Shown here: one piece after another, positions 1 through 7,698 of the stretch
How positions within the stretch are numbered: position 1 is the first letter of the stretch
Layout: every line of letters starts with the position of its first letter
Virus record (IMG/VR): IMGVR_UViG_3300020042_007512
Location: 1 to 26,473 of that record
Direction: 5' to 3' (one strand)
Source of the DNA: a virus
Lineage: Duplodnaviria; Caudoviricetes
DNA length: 26,473 bases
Made by a program: the position numbers and the translations under genes
Notes under the pieces: generated by a model
Database searches by the model: none
What the model saw: the letters and a program-made list of their open reading frames with translations, nothing else
Told to the model about the DNA's origin: nothing

Positions 1-205
1 ATTCTTTTTGTGGTGTACATTTATCCCATCCTTTAAAAACGTGTGCTTTTCTACCACCGTGACTTCCACTTGTTTTATTAGCACCATCATAACCAATACC
101 ATAAGGTGGGTCTACAATAGCCAAATCAAAATAGTTATCAGGATATCTTGCCATCAATAACATATTATCCTCGTTTGTTATTGTAATGTTTTCTGTAATT
201 TTCAT
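1..205 (-). CDS. DNA adenine/N4-cytosine methyltransferase (N6_N4_Mtase, beta class), partial, runs off the window start
   Basis: Not in ORF track; translated by hand from ATG 205: MKITENITITNEDNMLLMARYPDNYFDLAIVDPPYGIGYDG...; DPPY catalytic motif; 33 of first 36 aa identical to the MTase at 4538..5182. Confidence 0.9.
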   Translation of the reverse strand, partial: MKITENITITNEDNMLLMARYPDNYFDLAIVDPPYGIGYDGANKTSGSHGGRKAHVFKGWDKCTPQKE

Positions 206-207
206 AA

Positions 208-639
208 TTATAATTTTAAAGTTAAATCATCGTTTGGACTTGGTAAAGTAACACCAAAGTATTCAAATGTAAAGTTATTAATTTCTGCGAGTAATTCCAT
301 AAATTGACTTGTTGAAAGTTCAGTAGTAGATTTTATTCGTTCTATTACTTCGCCTGTTTGTTCGTTTACAAATAATGCTTCTTTTAAAAACTTTAGTTTA
401 ATTAAATCGTGAGTGCTTTCATTTGTCATTATATGCCCAGCTTCTTTTAAACAATTTTGCACTATTGGAATAATTACACCATAATAAAATCTGTTTTGTT
501 GTGTGCTTCTTTTCTTTTTTGACTTTTCTATTTTAATAACTATTTGCTTACCCTCAAAAGTTCCTATTGCATCTTTAATTAAATTTCTGTTGCGTGTTAA
601 ACTTCCGTTTTTAACTTCGCTAATTATTTCGTAATTCAT
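208..639 (-). CDS. NinB/Orf-like recombination accessory protein
   Basis: KRSTQQNRFYYG...HDLIK...KSTTELSTSQF...GVTLPSP matches the NinB-family pattern; ATG 639 (MNYEII), overlapping the upstream stop, preferred over 669. Confidence 0.7.
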   Translation of the reverse strand: MNYEIISEVKNGSLTRNRNLIKDAIGTFEGKQIVIKIEKSKKKRSTQQNRFYYGVIIPIVQNCLKEAGHIMTNESTHDLIKLKFLKEALFVNEQTGEVIERIKSTTELSTSQFMELLAEINNFTFEYFGVTLPSPNDDLTLKL

Positions 640-1469
640 AAAAACTCTTGTATTTCTTTTGGTAACCAATCGTTATCATCTACATTAAATTTAATTTCTT
701 TAAATGGTTGGTTACGTGAATATTCACATTTTACTATTGTAGAATTATCTTCTTGACTTTCTACAAAAACTACAGTTTCTGCTTTTTTTAATATACTACT
801 CCCAACGTGTCCTACAGGTTTTGCGGTTCCAAAGTTTTTATGTAGTATTCCTGTGCAGTGCATTTTACCTTTAGCAGTCCAATTTAGTAATTTTTCTGTT
901 AAACCTGTACTTTGTTCTAAACTATTAAAATCGGTTACTAAATCTACAAAACCATCTATTGACATTAAACCAATGTTATTTTTAAATTCACTTTCAAATA
1001 CAACCCAATCAATAAAATCGAAACGCTCTTTTGGTGTGTATCCACGTAAGCCAAATGTTTTATAAAATTCACAATTACCACCTATCAATTCTAATACTCT
1101 GCGTTGTACTCTTTGTGCGTGAAAATGTGATTGCTCTGTATCAAAAGAAAGTACAAATTTCTTATCTGCATTATGCCCTTTAATGCTTGGGTTATAAACA
1201 TTTGATTTACCACCAATAAAAGCTGCTTCAATCATAGATTTAAAAAATGTTTTACGACTTTTAGAAGCACCTACTATGCAACTAAAATCACCATAACTTC
1301 CAAATGGTATTGGGTAACTATTGCCTTTGTAAATACTTTCGCCTATGCTTAATGCAATAGGTTGCTGTTTTATTTCTTCTGCAGGATTAATTAAAGCATC
1401 TTTAAACATTTGTTTAAAATCTATTATTGGTTTTGCTTCGTTAATTAATTCGTCGAAATTTATATCCAT
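636..1469 (-). CDS. RecA-like P-loop ATPase (AAA_25 / SF4 helicase-like), probable replicative helicase
   Basis: Variant Walker A IVGASKSRKT, FDTEQS, Walker B LMSIDG, ILH and GHVGS motifs; downstream of the initiator gene. Confidence 0.75.
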   Translation of the reverse strand: MDINFDELINEAKPIIDFKQMFKDALINPAEEIKQQPIALSIGESIYKGNSYPIPFGSYGDFSCIVGASKSRKTFFKSMIEAAFIGGKSNVYNPSIKGHNADKKFVLSFDTEQSHFHAQRVQRRVLELIGGNCEFYKTFGLRGYTPKERFDFIDWVVFESEFKNNIGLMSIDGFVDLVTDFNSLEQSTGLTEKLLNWTAKGKMHCTGILHKNFGTAKPVGHVGSSILKKAETVVFVESQEDNSTIVKCEYSRNQPFKEIKFNVDDNDWLPKEIQEFL

Positions 1470-1978
1470 TATAAATAATTATTTGTGTTAGTGATAAATT
1501 CATTAATAGTTTTTTCAAATGATTTTTTAACATCGTCAAACTCCCATTTTTCTATAATATTTTTGCTAAATTCTTTTTCGTGTTTTTTAATAATATCTAA
1601 ATTATTGTTTTTAGTTTCTAAATCCTGCACTAATTCAAAAGTAATACCTTTTTCTTTCATTAAGTTTTGCAAAGATTGTAAATTTAACTCACTTGTTAAT
1701 CTTTCTATGTGAGAAATTAAAGGTAAATCTAAATCATTTTGTACTTCTTTTATTGATTCTTTAATATTTCCGTGTCTTAATAATGAAAAAAATATATTAG
1801 CTGCTACTATCTTTGCAAATAAAGTTTGTTCAGTAACTCTTAATTCAGTTAATTCGTTTATAGTTTCCTGCAAAGTTTTTAATGCTTCGAAATCTTCTTT
1901 ATAAACTTGTTTCTTTTCGTATAGTCTTTTAAAAGTATTTCCTAATCTTTTAAATGCTCCGTTTGCTTTCCAACTCAT
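1469..1978 (-). CDS. Hypothetical phage protein
   Basis: 169 aa ORF, translationally coupled to both neighbours. Confidence 0.75.
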   Translation of the reverse strand: MSWKANGAFKRLGNTFKRLYEKKQVYKEDFEALKTLQETINELTELRVTEQTLFAKIVAANIFFSLLRHGNIKESIKEVQNDLDLPLISHIERLTSELNLQSLQNLMKEKGITFELVQDLETKNNNLDIIKKHEKEFSKNIIEKWEFDDVKKSFEKTINEFITNTNNYL

Positions 1979-2559
1979 AACCTATCTAATTTAATTTGTG
2001 GTTTATTAAAGTCTTTTTGTCTACTTGCCCAAGTTGATAATCTACGTTCTATACTCCAAGTGCGTTCTAATTCAAAACGCATTTTAGTTTTTGATGGGTT
2101 TGGTTCAGTCCAATATTCAAAAAAGTTTTTAAGTAAATCTATTTGATATTTATTTTTAAAAGGTATTAATGTTTCTTTAAAAGCGAGTGTGCGAATTTCT
2201 AAATTCGCCTTACTATCTTTATTTATATCATTTACATTTACATTAACATTTACATTATCAGTAGACGAAATTGAACGCTCGTTGGTTTTCGTTGCATTTC
2301 GTTTACGAACTTCAGCACTCTTTAAACCTGCTTGTTTACGTTGTTCTAATTGGGTTTCCCACTTAATTAAGTCCCTTTTTAATTGCATTTTAATTGGTTC
2401 AAATGCAATATTTAAAAGTAATTCTTCCGCAATAGGTTGCTCATCATTTACATAAGCGTAAATATGTTTAAATAATCTACCTGCTACATCATCTGGTAAT
2501 TGATTAATCAAACCTTGACTATCTGTATATAATACAAATGATTTTTTATCTTTAGCCAT
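1975..2559 (-). CDS. Putative replication initiator / replisome organiser (DUF6291-type N-terminus)
   Basis: N-terminal KKSFVLY, low-complexity DNVNVNVNVND linker, C-terminal FFEYW...MRFE...RRLSTW helical domain; upstream of the helicase-like gene. Confidence 0.7.
   Translation of the reverse strand: MAKDKKSFVLYTDSQGLINQLPDDVAGRLFKHIYAYVNDEQPIAEELLLNIAFEPIKMQLKRDLIKWETQLEQRKQAGLKSAEVRKRNATKTNERSISSTDNVNVNVNVNDINKDSKANLEIRTLAFKETLIPFKNKYQIDLLKNFFEYWTEPNPSKTKMRFELERTWSIERRLSTWASRQKDFNKPQIKLDRL
2227..2303. repeat. Phased TCGTT repeats plus (CATTTA)n hexamers inside the initiator gene; candidate replication origin
   Basis: TCGTT at 2279, 2289 and 2299 (exact 10-bp period); imperfect CATTTA hexamer run at about 2229..2260. 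Confidence 0.45.
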
Positions 2560-2788
2560 TACTAACCTCGCTTTCTGTAATTTTATTTATTTCTGTGCGA
2601 AGTGTTTTAGCAAATTTAATTGCAGTTGATTTATCTAATACAATATTAAATAATTCATTTTCAAAAAGTCCATTAATACTTATTACATCAACTAAATTTT
2701 CTAAATTATCTTCTTGAATTGTTTTTTCAACTTTAATAAAGTCTTTGCAATTAACAAAGTCTAAAAATTTTAATTCAAATTTTGCCAT
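2552..2788 (-). CDS. Hypothetical protein, first gene of the replication operon
   Basis: 78 aa ORF, A-rich start context, overlaps the start of the initiator. Confidence 0.75.
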   Translation of the reverse strand: MAKFELKFLDFVNCKDFIKVEKTIQEDNLENLVDVISINGLFENELFNIVLDKSTAIKFAKTLRTEINKITESEVSNG

Positions 2789-2830
2789 AATAATAAAGGT
2801 TTTAAGATACCTATAAACTATTAAATTAAT

Positions 2831-2928
2831 AAAAAAATCCCATTCATTTGGTAGTGTTGTGGAACGTACCTCCTGAATAGGATTTTATATAATATTTTAA
2901 TTTTACGTAATGCGTTCCACTTCATTAC
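2831..2928 (-). ncRNA. Structured 5' leader RNA: two hairpins with complementary loops and a U-tract (candidate attenuator)
   Basis: Hairpin GTAATG/CATTAC with loop AAGTGGAACG; long hairpin AAAATCCTATTCA/TGAATGGGATTTT whose loop contains CGTTCCAC; ends in a T7 run. Confidence 0.6.
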
Positions 2929-2932
2929 TTTG

Positions 2933-2963
2933 CAAATATAATATTTTAATTTAAACCTGCAAA
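2933..2963 (-). promoter_or_regulatory. Bacteroidetes sigma70-type promoter for the replication operon
   Basis: Minus strand TTTG (2963..2960)-N19-TATATTTG (2940..2933), exact consensus and spacing. Confidence 0.8.
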
Positions 2964-2980
2964 ATTAATTGCAGGTTTTT
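2953..2980. terminator. Stem-loop after the SSB-like gene, overlapping the -33 box of the next promoter
   Basis: AAACCTGCAA-aattaa-TTGCAGGTTT; U-tract is weak on the minus strand and better on plus. Confidence 0.55.
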
Positions 2981-2989
2981 ATTAACAAT

Positions 2990-3343
2990 CTAAAAAGGCA
3001 AGTCATCTGCAGCTTGTTGTAAAACTGCTGATGGTGCTGTAAAAGTTTCAACACTTGCATTATTTACAATAGTTGCATCTTCTTTATCTATTCTCCAACC
3101 ATTTAAAGAACAATACCATTTACCATTGTAAGAATTACCTCTAATATTAATTCCAACCTTTACAGATTGCCCTACTGCGTATTTATCTAATACTTCGCAT
3201 TTGTCTTGCACAAAATCAATAGGCACTTCTTGTGGATATTGCTCATCTGTTTTAACTACTAATAATCTTTTTTTGAAAGTCCCTGCACTTCCTACTGTTT
3301 CTGTATTTCCAATGTGGATAATACTACCAATTACTTCACTCAT
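2990..3343 (-). CDS. DUF3127-family single-stranded DNA-binding-like protein
   Basis: FKKRLLVV...EQYPQ...DFVQDK...NIRG...W...L.GWRI pattern and SSB-type acidic C-terminus DDLPF. Confidence 0.85.
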   Translation of the reverse strand: MSEVIGSIIHIGNTETVGSAGTFKKRLLVVKTDEQYPQEVPIDFVQDKCEVLDKYAVGQSVKVGINIRGNSYNGKWYCSLNGWRIDKEDATIVNNASVETFTAPSAVLQQAADDLPF

Positions 3344-3362
3344 TTTTATTTAATTTAATTAA

Positions 3363-3749
3363 TTATTTACGTTTAAAATCTTCGCTTTCATCTTCGCCAA
3401 ATACTCCTAATTCATAAAACCCTGTAAGTTTTAATACTGCTCTACTCATTGCACGTTTCTCTGCCATTTCCATAACATACCAACTTTGCGTGTTACCATC
3501 TTTAAAACTATCTCCTTTTAAAGCACTACCAAAAGTTTCAATGCGTGTATTTTCTTTTAATGCAGTTGCTTTAACTACACAAAATTTAGGTTCACAAGTT
3601 ATAACATCATAAGTTATTTGTACTTTTTCTTTTGCTTGTATTTTATCAATACCACTTCTGGTAATAATAATGTAATGCTGGTGCTTGTACACATCATCTT
3701 TAGTTAATTCAAACTTAACGTAAAGCTCTTTTAATTTATCTACATTCAT
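3363..3749 (-). CDS. Putative single-strand annealing protein (Sak/Rad52-like)
   Basis: MAEKRAMSRAVLKLTG...EDE motif; adjacent to the SSB-like gene; family call is inference. Confidence 0.45.
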   Translation of the reverse strand: MNVDKLKELYVKFELTKDDVYKHQHYIIITRSGIDKIQAKEKVQITYDVITCEPKFCVVKATALKENTRIETFGSALKGDSFKDGNTQSWYVMEMAEKRAMSRAVLKLTGFYELGVFGEDESEDFKRK

Positions 3750-3752
3750 AAC

Positions 3753-4190
3753 TTAATATTTAATTGTTAAACTATCTGCTGAATATTTAATACTTACTTT
3801 AGGTACATCATTACCATAGGCATCAATTACATCTTGTTTTAACGCAAGTTTTAATAATTCTTCACGTTCTTTTAAATCTGCATTTAATTGCAACCAAATT
3901 AAATCATCTGAAAATTGTATCATTTGCCTACCATTTACAGGGTTAATTTCTATTCCGTATGCAATTTGTTTTTCACGTGGTAAACTTGCCTTTAATTCAT
4001 CTCTAACGTTGCTTATTGAAGTTGTTAAACGTTCTGCCTGTGCAAACGCTTCTACTTTGTCAATTTCACCTGCATCGATTAGATTTTTAGCGAATGTTTT
4101 AGATGATAATTCTAATTCCTTTTTGCTTGGTAAAAAATTAGACGTTGCAATTTCTTGCATTTTCATTAATTCATAAAGATTTTTACTCAT
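3753..4190 (-). CDS. Hypothetical early protein
   Basis: 145 aa ORF directly after a promoter box, with an A-rich start region. Confidence 0.8.
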   Translation of the reverse strand: MSKNLYELMKMQEIATSNFLPSKKELELSSKTFAKNLIDAGEIDKVEAFAQAERLTTSISNVRDELKASLPREKQIAYGIEINPVNGRQMIQFSDDLIWLQLNADLKEREELLKLALKQDVIDAYGNDVPKVSIKYSADSLTIKY

Positions 4191-4218
4191 AATATTTTGT
4201 TTTTAATTAATAATACTG

Positions 4219-4251
4219 CAAATATAAATATAATTTATTTAATAAAAAAAT
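4219..4251 (-). promoter_or_regulatory. Early promoter: -7 box TATATTTG with upstream ATTTTTTTATTAAA element
   Basis: CAAATATA at 4219..4226 on plus; same architecture as 6972..7004; no canonical TTTG at -33. Confidence 0.65.
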
Positions 4252-4263
4252 ATTTTATTACTT

Positions 4264-4536
4264 TTATTCAGTAATCATTGTATAATTTTTTCTAATAACT
4301 GTATCTATTTTAAAAGCCAATTCATTTAGATACGTTCCTTTTGTTATTTGCTTACTTTCAAATACTGCTTCTAACATCGGCTCAAGTGCAAGTTCTAAAT
4401 CTTTGCCTTTGTCTATAATTTCTTTTGCTAAAAAACTATTAGCACCGATATCGTTTAGCTCTGTAATTAGCAAATAAGTTAAAGTTGCTATTTTATGGCT
4501 GCTTAAATTGTGTTTTTTATTATTATTTGGTTTCAT
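4264..4536 (-). CDS. Hypothetical protein
   Basis: 90 aa ORF packed in the operon. Confidence 0.7.
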   Translation of the reverse strand: MKPNNNKKHNLSSHKIATLTYLLITELNDIGANSFLAKEIIDKGKDLELALEPMLEAVFESKQITKGTYLNELAFKIDTVIRKNYTMITE

Positions 4537-4537
4537 A

Positions 4538-5182
4538 TTAAAATAATTTAGTTTGGTTAGTGTGGTTTTTAATACGCTCTATTGCTTTGTCGTAATACTC
4601 TTTGTCTAACTCACAAGCAGTCAATTCAAATTTATAATCGTGGCAAGCTATTGCTATTGAACCTGAACCTAAATGTGTATCTAATATTTTATCGTTTTCT
4701 TTTGCGTATTTATCTAATATCCATTTATAAAGTGCTACGGGTTTTTGTGTTGGGTGTATTCTTATTTCTTTGTTCTTCATATCACCTTGTAACATTCCAT
4801 TCCAAGTGTATTCAAATATCTGTACACTTTTATGTGTAGAACATATAGCAACTTCACCTTCGCCAAATGCAGTGCCGTTTTTATTCCAAACAATTACTCC
4901 ACCACATAAACCTAAAAAATTACCCCCCCATATTATTTGATTCTTACTTACTCTTTCAAGTTCTAAATAATATTTATTATCAGGTGCTATATTCTCAAAT
5001 AAATGATACCCTTTTCTTTTAGTAGCTTGTTTGTTTTGCTTTTTATTATCAGTTAAACCTATTGCATCTATATTACCATAAGGTGGGTCTACTATTGCTA
5101 AATCAAAATAGTTATCAGGATAACGAGCCATTAAAAGCATATTATCCTCATTTGTAATTGTTATTTTATCTGTTATTTGCAT
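4538..5182 (-). CDS. DNA adenine/N4-cytosine methyltransferase (N6_N4_Mtase, beta class)
   Basis: DPPY motif IV, IIWGGN, HPTQKPVALY, SAM-binding ILDTHLGSGS, CELDKEYY. Confidence 0.95.
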   Translation of the reverse strand: MQITDKITITNEDNMLLMARYPDNYFDLAIVDPPYGNIDAIGLTDNKKQNKQATKRKGYHLFENIAPDNKYYLELERVSKNQIIWGGNFLGLCGGVIVWNKNGTAFGEGEVAICSTHKSVQIFEYTWNGMLQGDMKNKEIRIHPTQKPVALYKWILDKYAKENDKILDTHLGSGSIAIACHDYKFELTACELDKEYYDKAIERIKNHTNQTKLF

Positions 5183-5183
5183 C

Positions 5184-5465
5184 TTAATTTTGTATTGGGT
5201 GGCTAAATACTACATCTTTAACGGTAGTGTATGGCAAACTTGCACGTTTGTTAAAGTAATTACTTACGTTGTTATTTTCGTTTATTGCTTCTAATTTACG
5301 TTTACTTAATTCTTCTTCAAAATCTCTTTTTAATTCTAAAAATAAATTAATACTTTGTGCTGTATTTTTATCTCTAAATAAAATTAATTTCAAATCTAAT
5401 AATTCCTCGTTTTGGTTTTTAACTCCTGTTAAAATATTCCAATAATTTGTTAATCTATTTTTCAT
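5184..5465 (-). CDS. Hypothetical protein
   Basis: 93 aa ORF with 1-bp gaps to neighbours. Confidence 0.7.
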   Translation of the reverse strand: MKNRLTNYWNILTGVKNQNEELLDLKLILFRDKNTAQSINLFLELKRDFEEELSKRKLEAINENNNVSNYFNKRASLPYTTVKDVVFSHPIQN

Positions 5466-5466
5466 T

Positions 5467-5556
5467 TTATTGTCCTTTACTTGCTAAATAATTAAATAAC
5501 CAAATCAATTTTGGTCTTATAAATTCGTAACCTAACCATATTAATAAGTATTTCAT
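5467..5556 (-). CDS. Small hydrophobic peptide (29 aa)
   Basis: Not in track; MKYLLIWLGYEFIRPKLIWLFNYLASKGQ fills the intergenic gap exactly, A-rich start context. Confidence 0.55.
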   Translation of the reverse strand: MKYLLIWLGYEFIRPKLIWLFNYLASKGQ

Positions 5557-5560
5557 AATT

Positions 5561-5776
5561 TTAAATTTTAGTTATTATTTCGTTTTCTACTAATATCAAA
5601 TCTTTTTCAATTAAACCTTTTTGCTTTAGTAATTTAGCAAGGTGTACAGCTTCTTTTAAATTGTATTGCTTTTTCTTTTGATAGTGTATTAGTTGAGTAC
5701 TTACTCCTGTGTGCTTACTTAACCTGTATGCGGTTAAGTCTGTTTGTCTTAATAACTGTTCGATAGCGTTGCTCAT
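5561..5776 (-). CDS. Small Cro/XRE-like helix-turn-helix protein
   Basis: LTAYRLSKHTGVSTQLIHY is a typical HTH pattern. Confidence 0.65.
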   Translation of the reverse strand: MSNAIEQLLRQTDLTAYRLSKHTGVSTQLIHYQKKKQYNLKEAVHLAKLLKQKGLIEKDLILVENEIITKI

Positions 5777-6309
5777 TATATTTTGTTTTTAATAGTTAAT
5801 AATTTATTTTTATATGCAATTGATGCTTCTTCTACTGTTTTAAAATAACCTAAATGAGTATTTTTTTTATTAATAAAAATTTTAGAGCAATAATTATTAT
5901 CTCTTTTATAAAAATAAACACCAGTAGGTAAGCCACTTTTTTTAGTTCTTTCTTTAGACATATTTTCTCTATGTGATATAACTCTTAAATTATTAATATT
6001 ATTATTTGAAGTATTACTATCAATATGGTCAACTACTTGATTAGGAAAATTACCAAATTTATAATCTAAAAATGTTGCTGCCATTAATTGTTGAATTTGA
6101 ATTACTTTTATTCCAAGTCCTTTTATACTAATTCCAATTCTTTGATACCCACTTGGAAGTGATTTTAATTTACTGAAATCAATTTCTCCAATAAAAAAAT
6201 TTTTAGTATTTTTAAATAACCAATTTTTATTAATTTTTCTAACTTTTCCACAAGTTGTTACTTCTACATTTGTTTCTAATCCGTTATAATAAACTGCTTT
6301 CCATTCCAT
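5776..6309 (-). CDS. HNH homing endonuclease with C-terminal AP2 domain
   Basis: VVDHIDSNTSNNNINNLRVISHREN (HNH_3) followed by TGVYF...HLGYFKTVEEA..AY (AP2); NUMOD4-like N-terminus. Confidence 0.9.
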   Translation of the reverse strand: MEWKAVYYNGLETNVEVTTCGKVRKINKNWLFKNTKNFFIGEIDFSKLKSLPSGYQRIGISIKGLGIKVIQIQQLMAATFLDYKFGNFPNQVVDHIDSNTSNNNINNLRVISHRENMSKERTKKSGLPTGVYFYKRDNNYCSKIFINKKNTHLGYFKTVEEASIAYKNKLLTIKNKI

Positions 6310-6482
6310 TATTTTATTTGGTTTTTAAGTTGTTCAATTGTTTTTTCTAACTCGCTCATATAGTTTTCAATTTTAATAAAAGCAATACCTATTTCTGTTT
6401 GTTCTGTTACTTCATAATCTACTGCTTCACTACAATACAGCTCGTGCATTTCTGCTCTTAAATCTTCTAATTTAGTTGTCAT
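6309..6482 (-). CDS. Hypothetical protein (57 aa)
   Basis: Not in track; MTTKLEDLRAEMHELYCSE...EQLKNQIK; TAATG overlap with the HNH start. Confidence 0.65.
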   Translation of the reverse strand: MTTKLEDLRAEMHELYCSEAVDYEVTEQTEIGIAFIKIENYMSELEKTIEQLKNQIK

Positions 6483-6690
6483 AAAATAATTCCATTAAAT
6501 TGTTTATAGTAATTTCTTTTTTTGTTGTTTCTTGCAATACTCTGTACGCATTTTCTACTGATAAATTCATACAGCTAATTTCTGTTTCAAGTGTAGTAAT
6601 TAATTTTTTACCTATGTAAGGATACTGTTGTTTGTAAAGTAATAATTTACCTTTGTTTTCATCTGTTAATTTTTCATAAAGTTTTTTCAT
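6472..6690 (-). CDS. Hypothetical early protein
   Basis: 72 aa ORF with strong A-rich start region. Confidence 0.7.
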   Translation of the reverse strand: MKKLYEKLTDENKGKLLLYKQQYPYIGKKLITTLETEISCMNLSVENAYRVLQETTKKEITINNLMELFYDN

Positions 6691-6743
6691 AATATTTTGT
6701 TTTAAAGTTAATGCAGTTTATAGTATGCTGCTCCACTTTGTTT

Positions 6744-6941
6744 TTATATTTCTTTTATATTGTCAATTCTACTTTCTGTATTAACCCAATGCTCGTCATC
6801 TATATATGATGAAACTTCGTGTTCTAATTCTATATTGTATTTACCTGTTTTTAAATATTGTTGATATTCTTTTTTTGTCATTTCAACTTCTTTAGTAATT
6901 TGATATGTTATTACTTCTGTTACTGTTACATTTACTTTCAT
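6744..6941 (-). CDS. Hypothetical early protein
   Basis: 65 aa ORF immediately after a promoter box. Confidence 0.7.
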   Translation of the reverse strand: MKVNVTVTEVITYQITKEVEMTKKEYQQYLKTGKYNIELEHEVSSYIDDEHWVNTESRIDNIKEI

Positions 6942-6971
6942 AATTTCTATTTGTTATTGTTATTAGTTCAG

Positions 6972-7004
6972 CAAATATAAAACGTTTAATTTTAATAAAA
7001 AAAT
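6972..7004 (-). promoter_or_regulatory. Early promoter: -7 box TATATTTG with upstream ATTTTTTTATTAAA element
   Basis: CAAATATA at 6972..6979 on plus, just downstream of a terminator; matches 4219..4251. Confidence 0.7.
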
Positions 7005-7026
7005 TTTTTACTATATTTTTTTGCAT

Positions 7027-7055
7027 AAAAAAAGGTTAGCACTCGCCAACCCTTT
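7027..7055 (-). terminator. Rho-independent terminator
   Basis: Minus strand GGGTTGGC-GAGT-GCTAACCT followed by a T run, just after the 206 aa gene. Confidence 0.75.
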
Positions 7056-7075
7056 AAAACATTGATAAAATTAGT

Positions 7076-7696
7076 TTAAAATATTTTTAAATAATATCCT
7101 ATTCCTATTCTTTTTTCAGTATCAAATGAAGCATTTATAATATTGCCTCGTTTATTTTTAATACCAATTCCTGCAGAAAATAGCGGTTTGTCTAATAACA
7201 AAGTATTTGCTACGTTTGCGCCTATATAAAAGTTGTTTCTTACTTTGGGTGCATCTACTTCCATAGTTTGTGGTTTAATAGTGTAGTCAAACTTCATAGC
7301 GTGTATTTTACCGCTTACTTCACCGCTTACTTGAGCGTTTATATACTTATCGTCAAATGATTGCTTAAAAGCGTTTATTTCAATTGCTTTATTATAGGCT
7401 TCTATTTTCTGCAAACTATCCATTTTTAAAAATTCGTTTTGCATGCGGTTATTATCTTCAAATAGTTTGTCAATTTGTGAAACGTAAAAACCAACTCCGG
7501 CCGTGTCCCTAACTTTTTTTGTTATTGGAACGTGTACTATATTGGTTTTGATTATTGCGTCCCCTTTGACTTCTTTGGTTTGTATTTTTATCTTTTCAAC
7601 AAATTGCGCTTCAGGGTTACAACCTTTAAAAAAAAGCAAAGCAAATAATAAGGCCCACCCTAAGTAAGCTAGGTAATCAATTTTTTTGGTTTCCAT
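7076..7696 (-). CDS. Membrane-anchored protein, candidate spanin
   Basis: N-terminal hydrophobic segment ending FFKGC, central helical region, C-terminal alternating beta-strands ending IGIGYYLKIF; lies downstream of the lysis genes. Confidence 0.55.
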   Translation of the reverse strand: METKKIDYLAYLGWALLFALLFFKGCNPEAQFVEKIKIQTKEVKGDAIIKTNIVHVPITKKVRDTAGVGFYVSQIDKLFEDNNRMQNEFLKMDSLQKIEAYNKAIEINAFKQSFDDKYINAQVSGEVSGKIHAMKFDYTIKPQTMEVDAPKVRNNFYIGANVANTLLLDKPLFSAGIGIKNKRGNIINASFDTEKRIGIGYYLKIF

Positions 7697-7698
7697 TT

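Noticed and set aside
853-4839. Plus-strand ORFs 853..1065, 1485..1712, 2189..2455 and 4582..4839
   Set aside because: Antisense shadows of well-supported minus-strand genes; non-ATG starts and no recognisable motifs
4538-6309. MTase plus HNH as a restriction-modification pair
   Set aside because: The HNH-AP2 architecture is that of a homing endonuclease, the genes are not adjacent, and orphan phage MTases are common
6713-6737. Small intergenic hairpin GCAG-N11-CTGC as a possible antitermination or regulatory site
   Set aside because: Only a 4-bp stem, and no second copy noticed in the window
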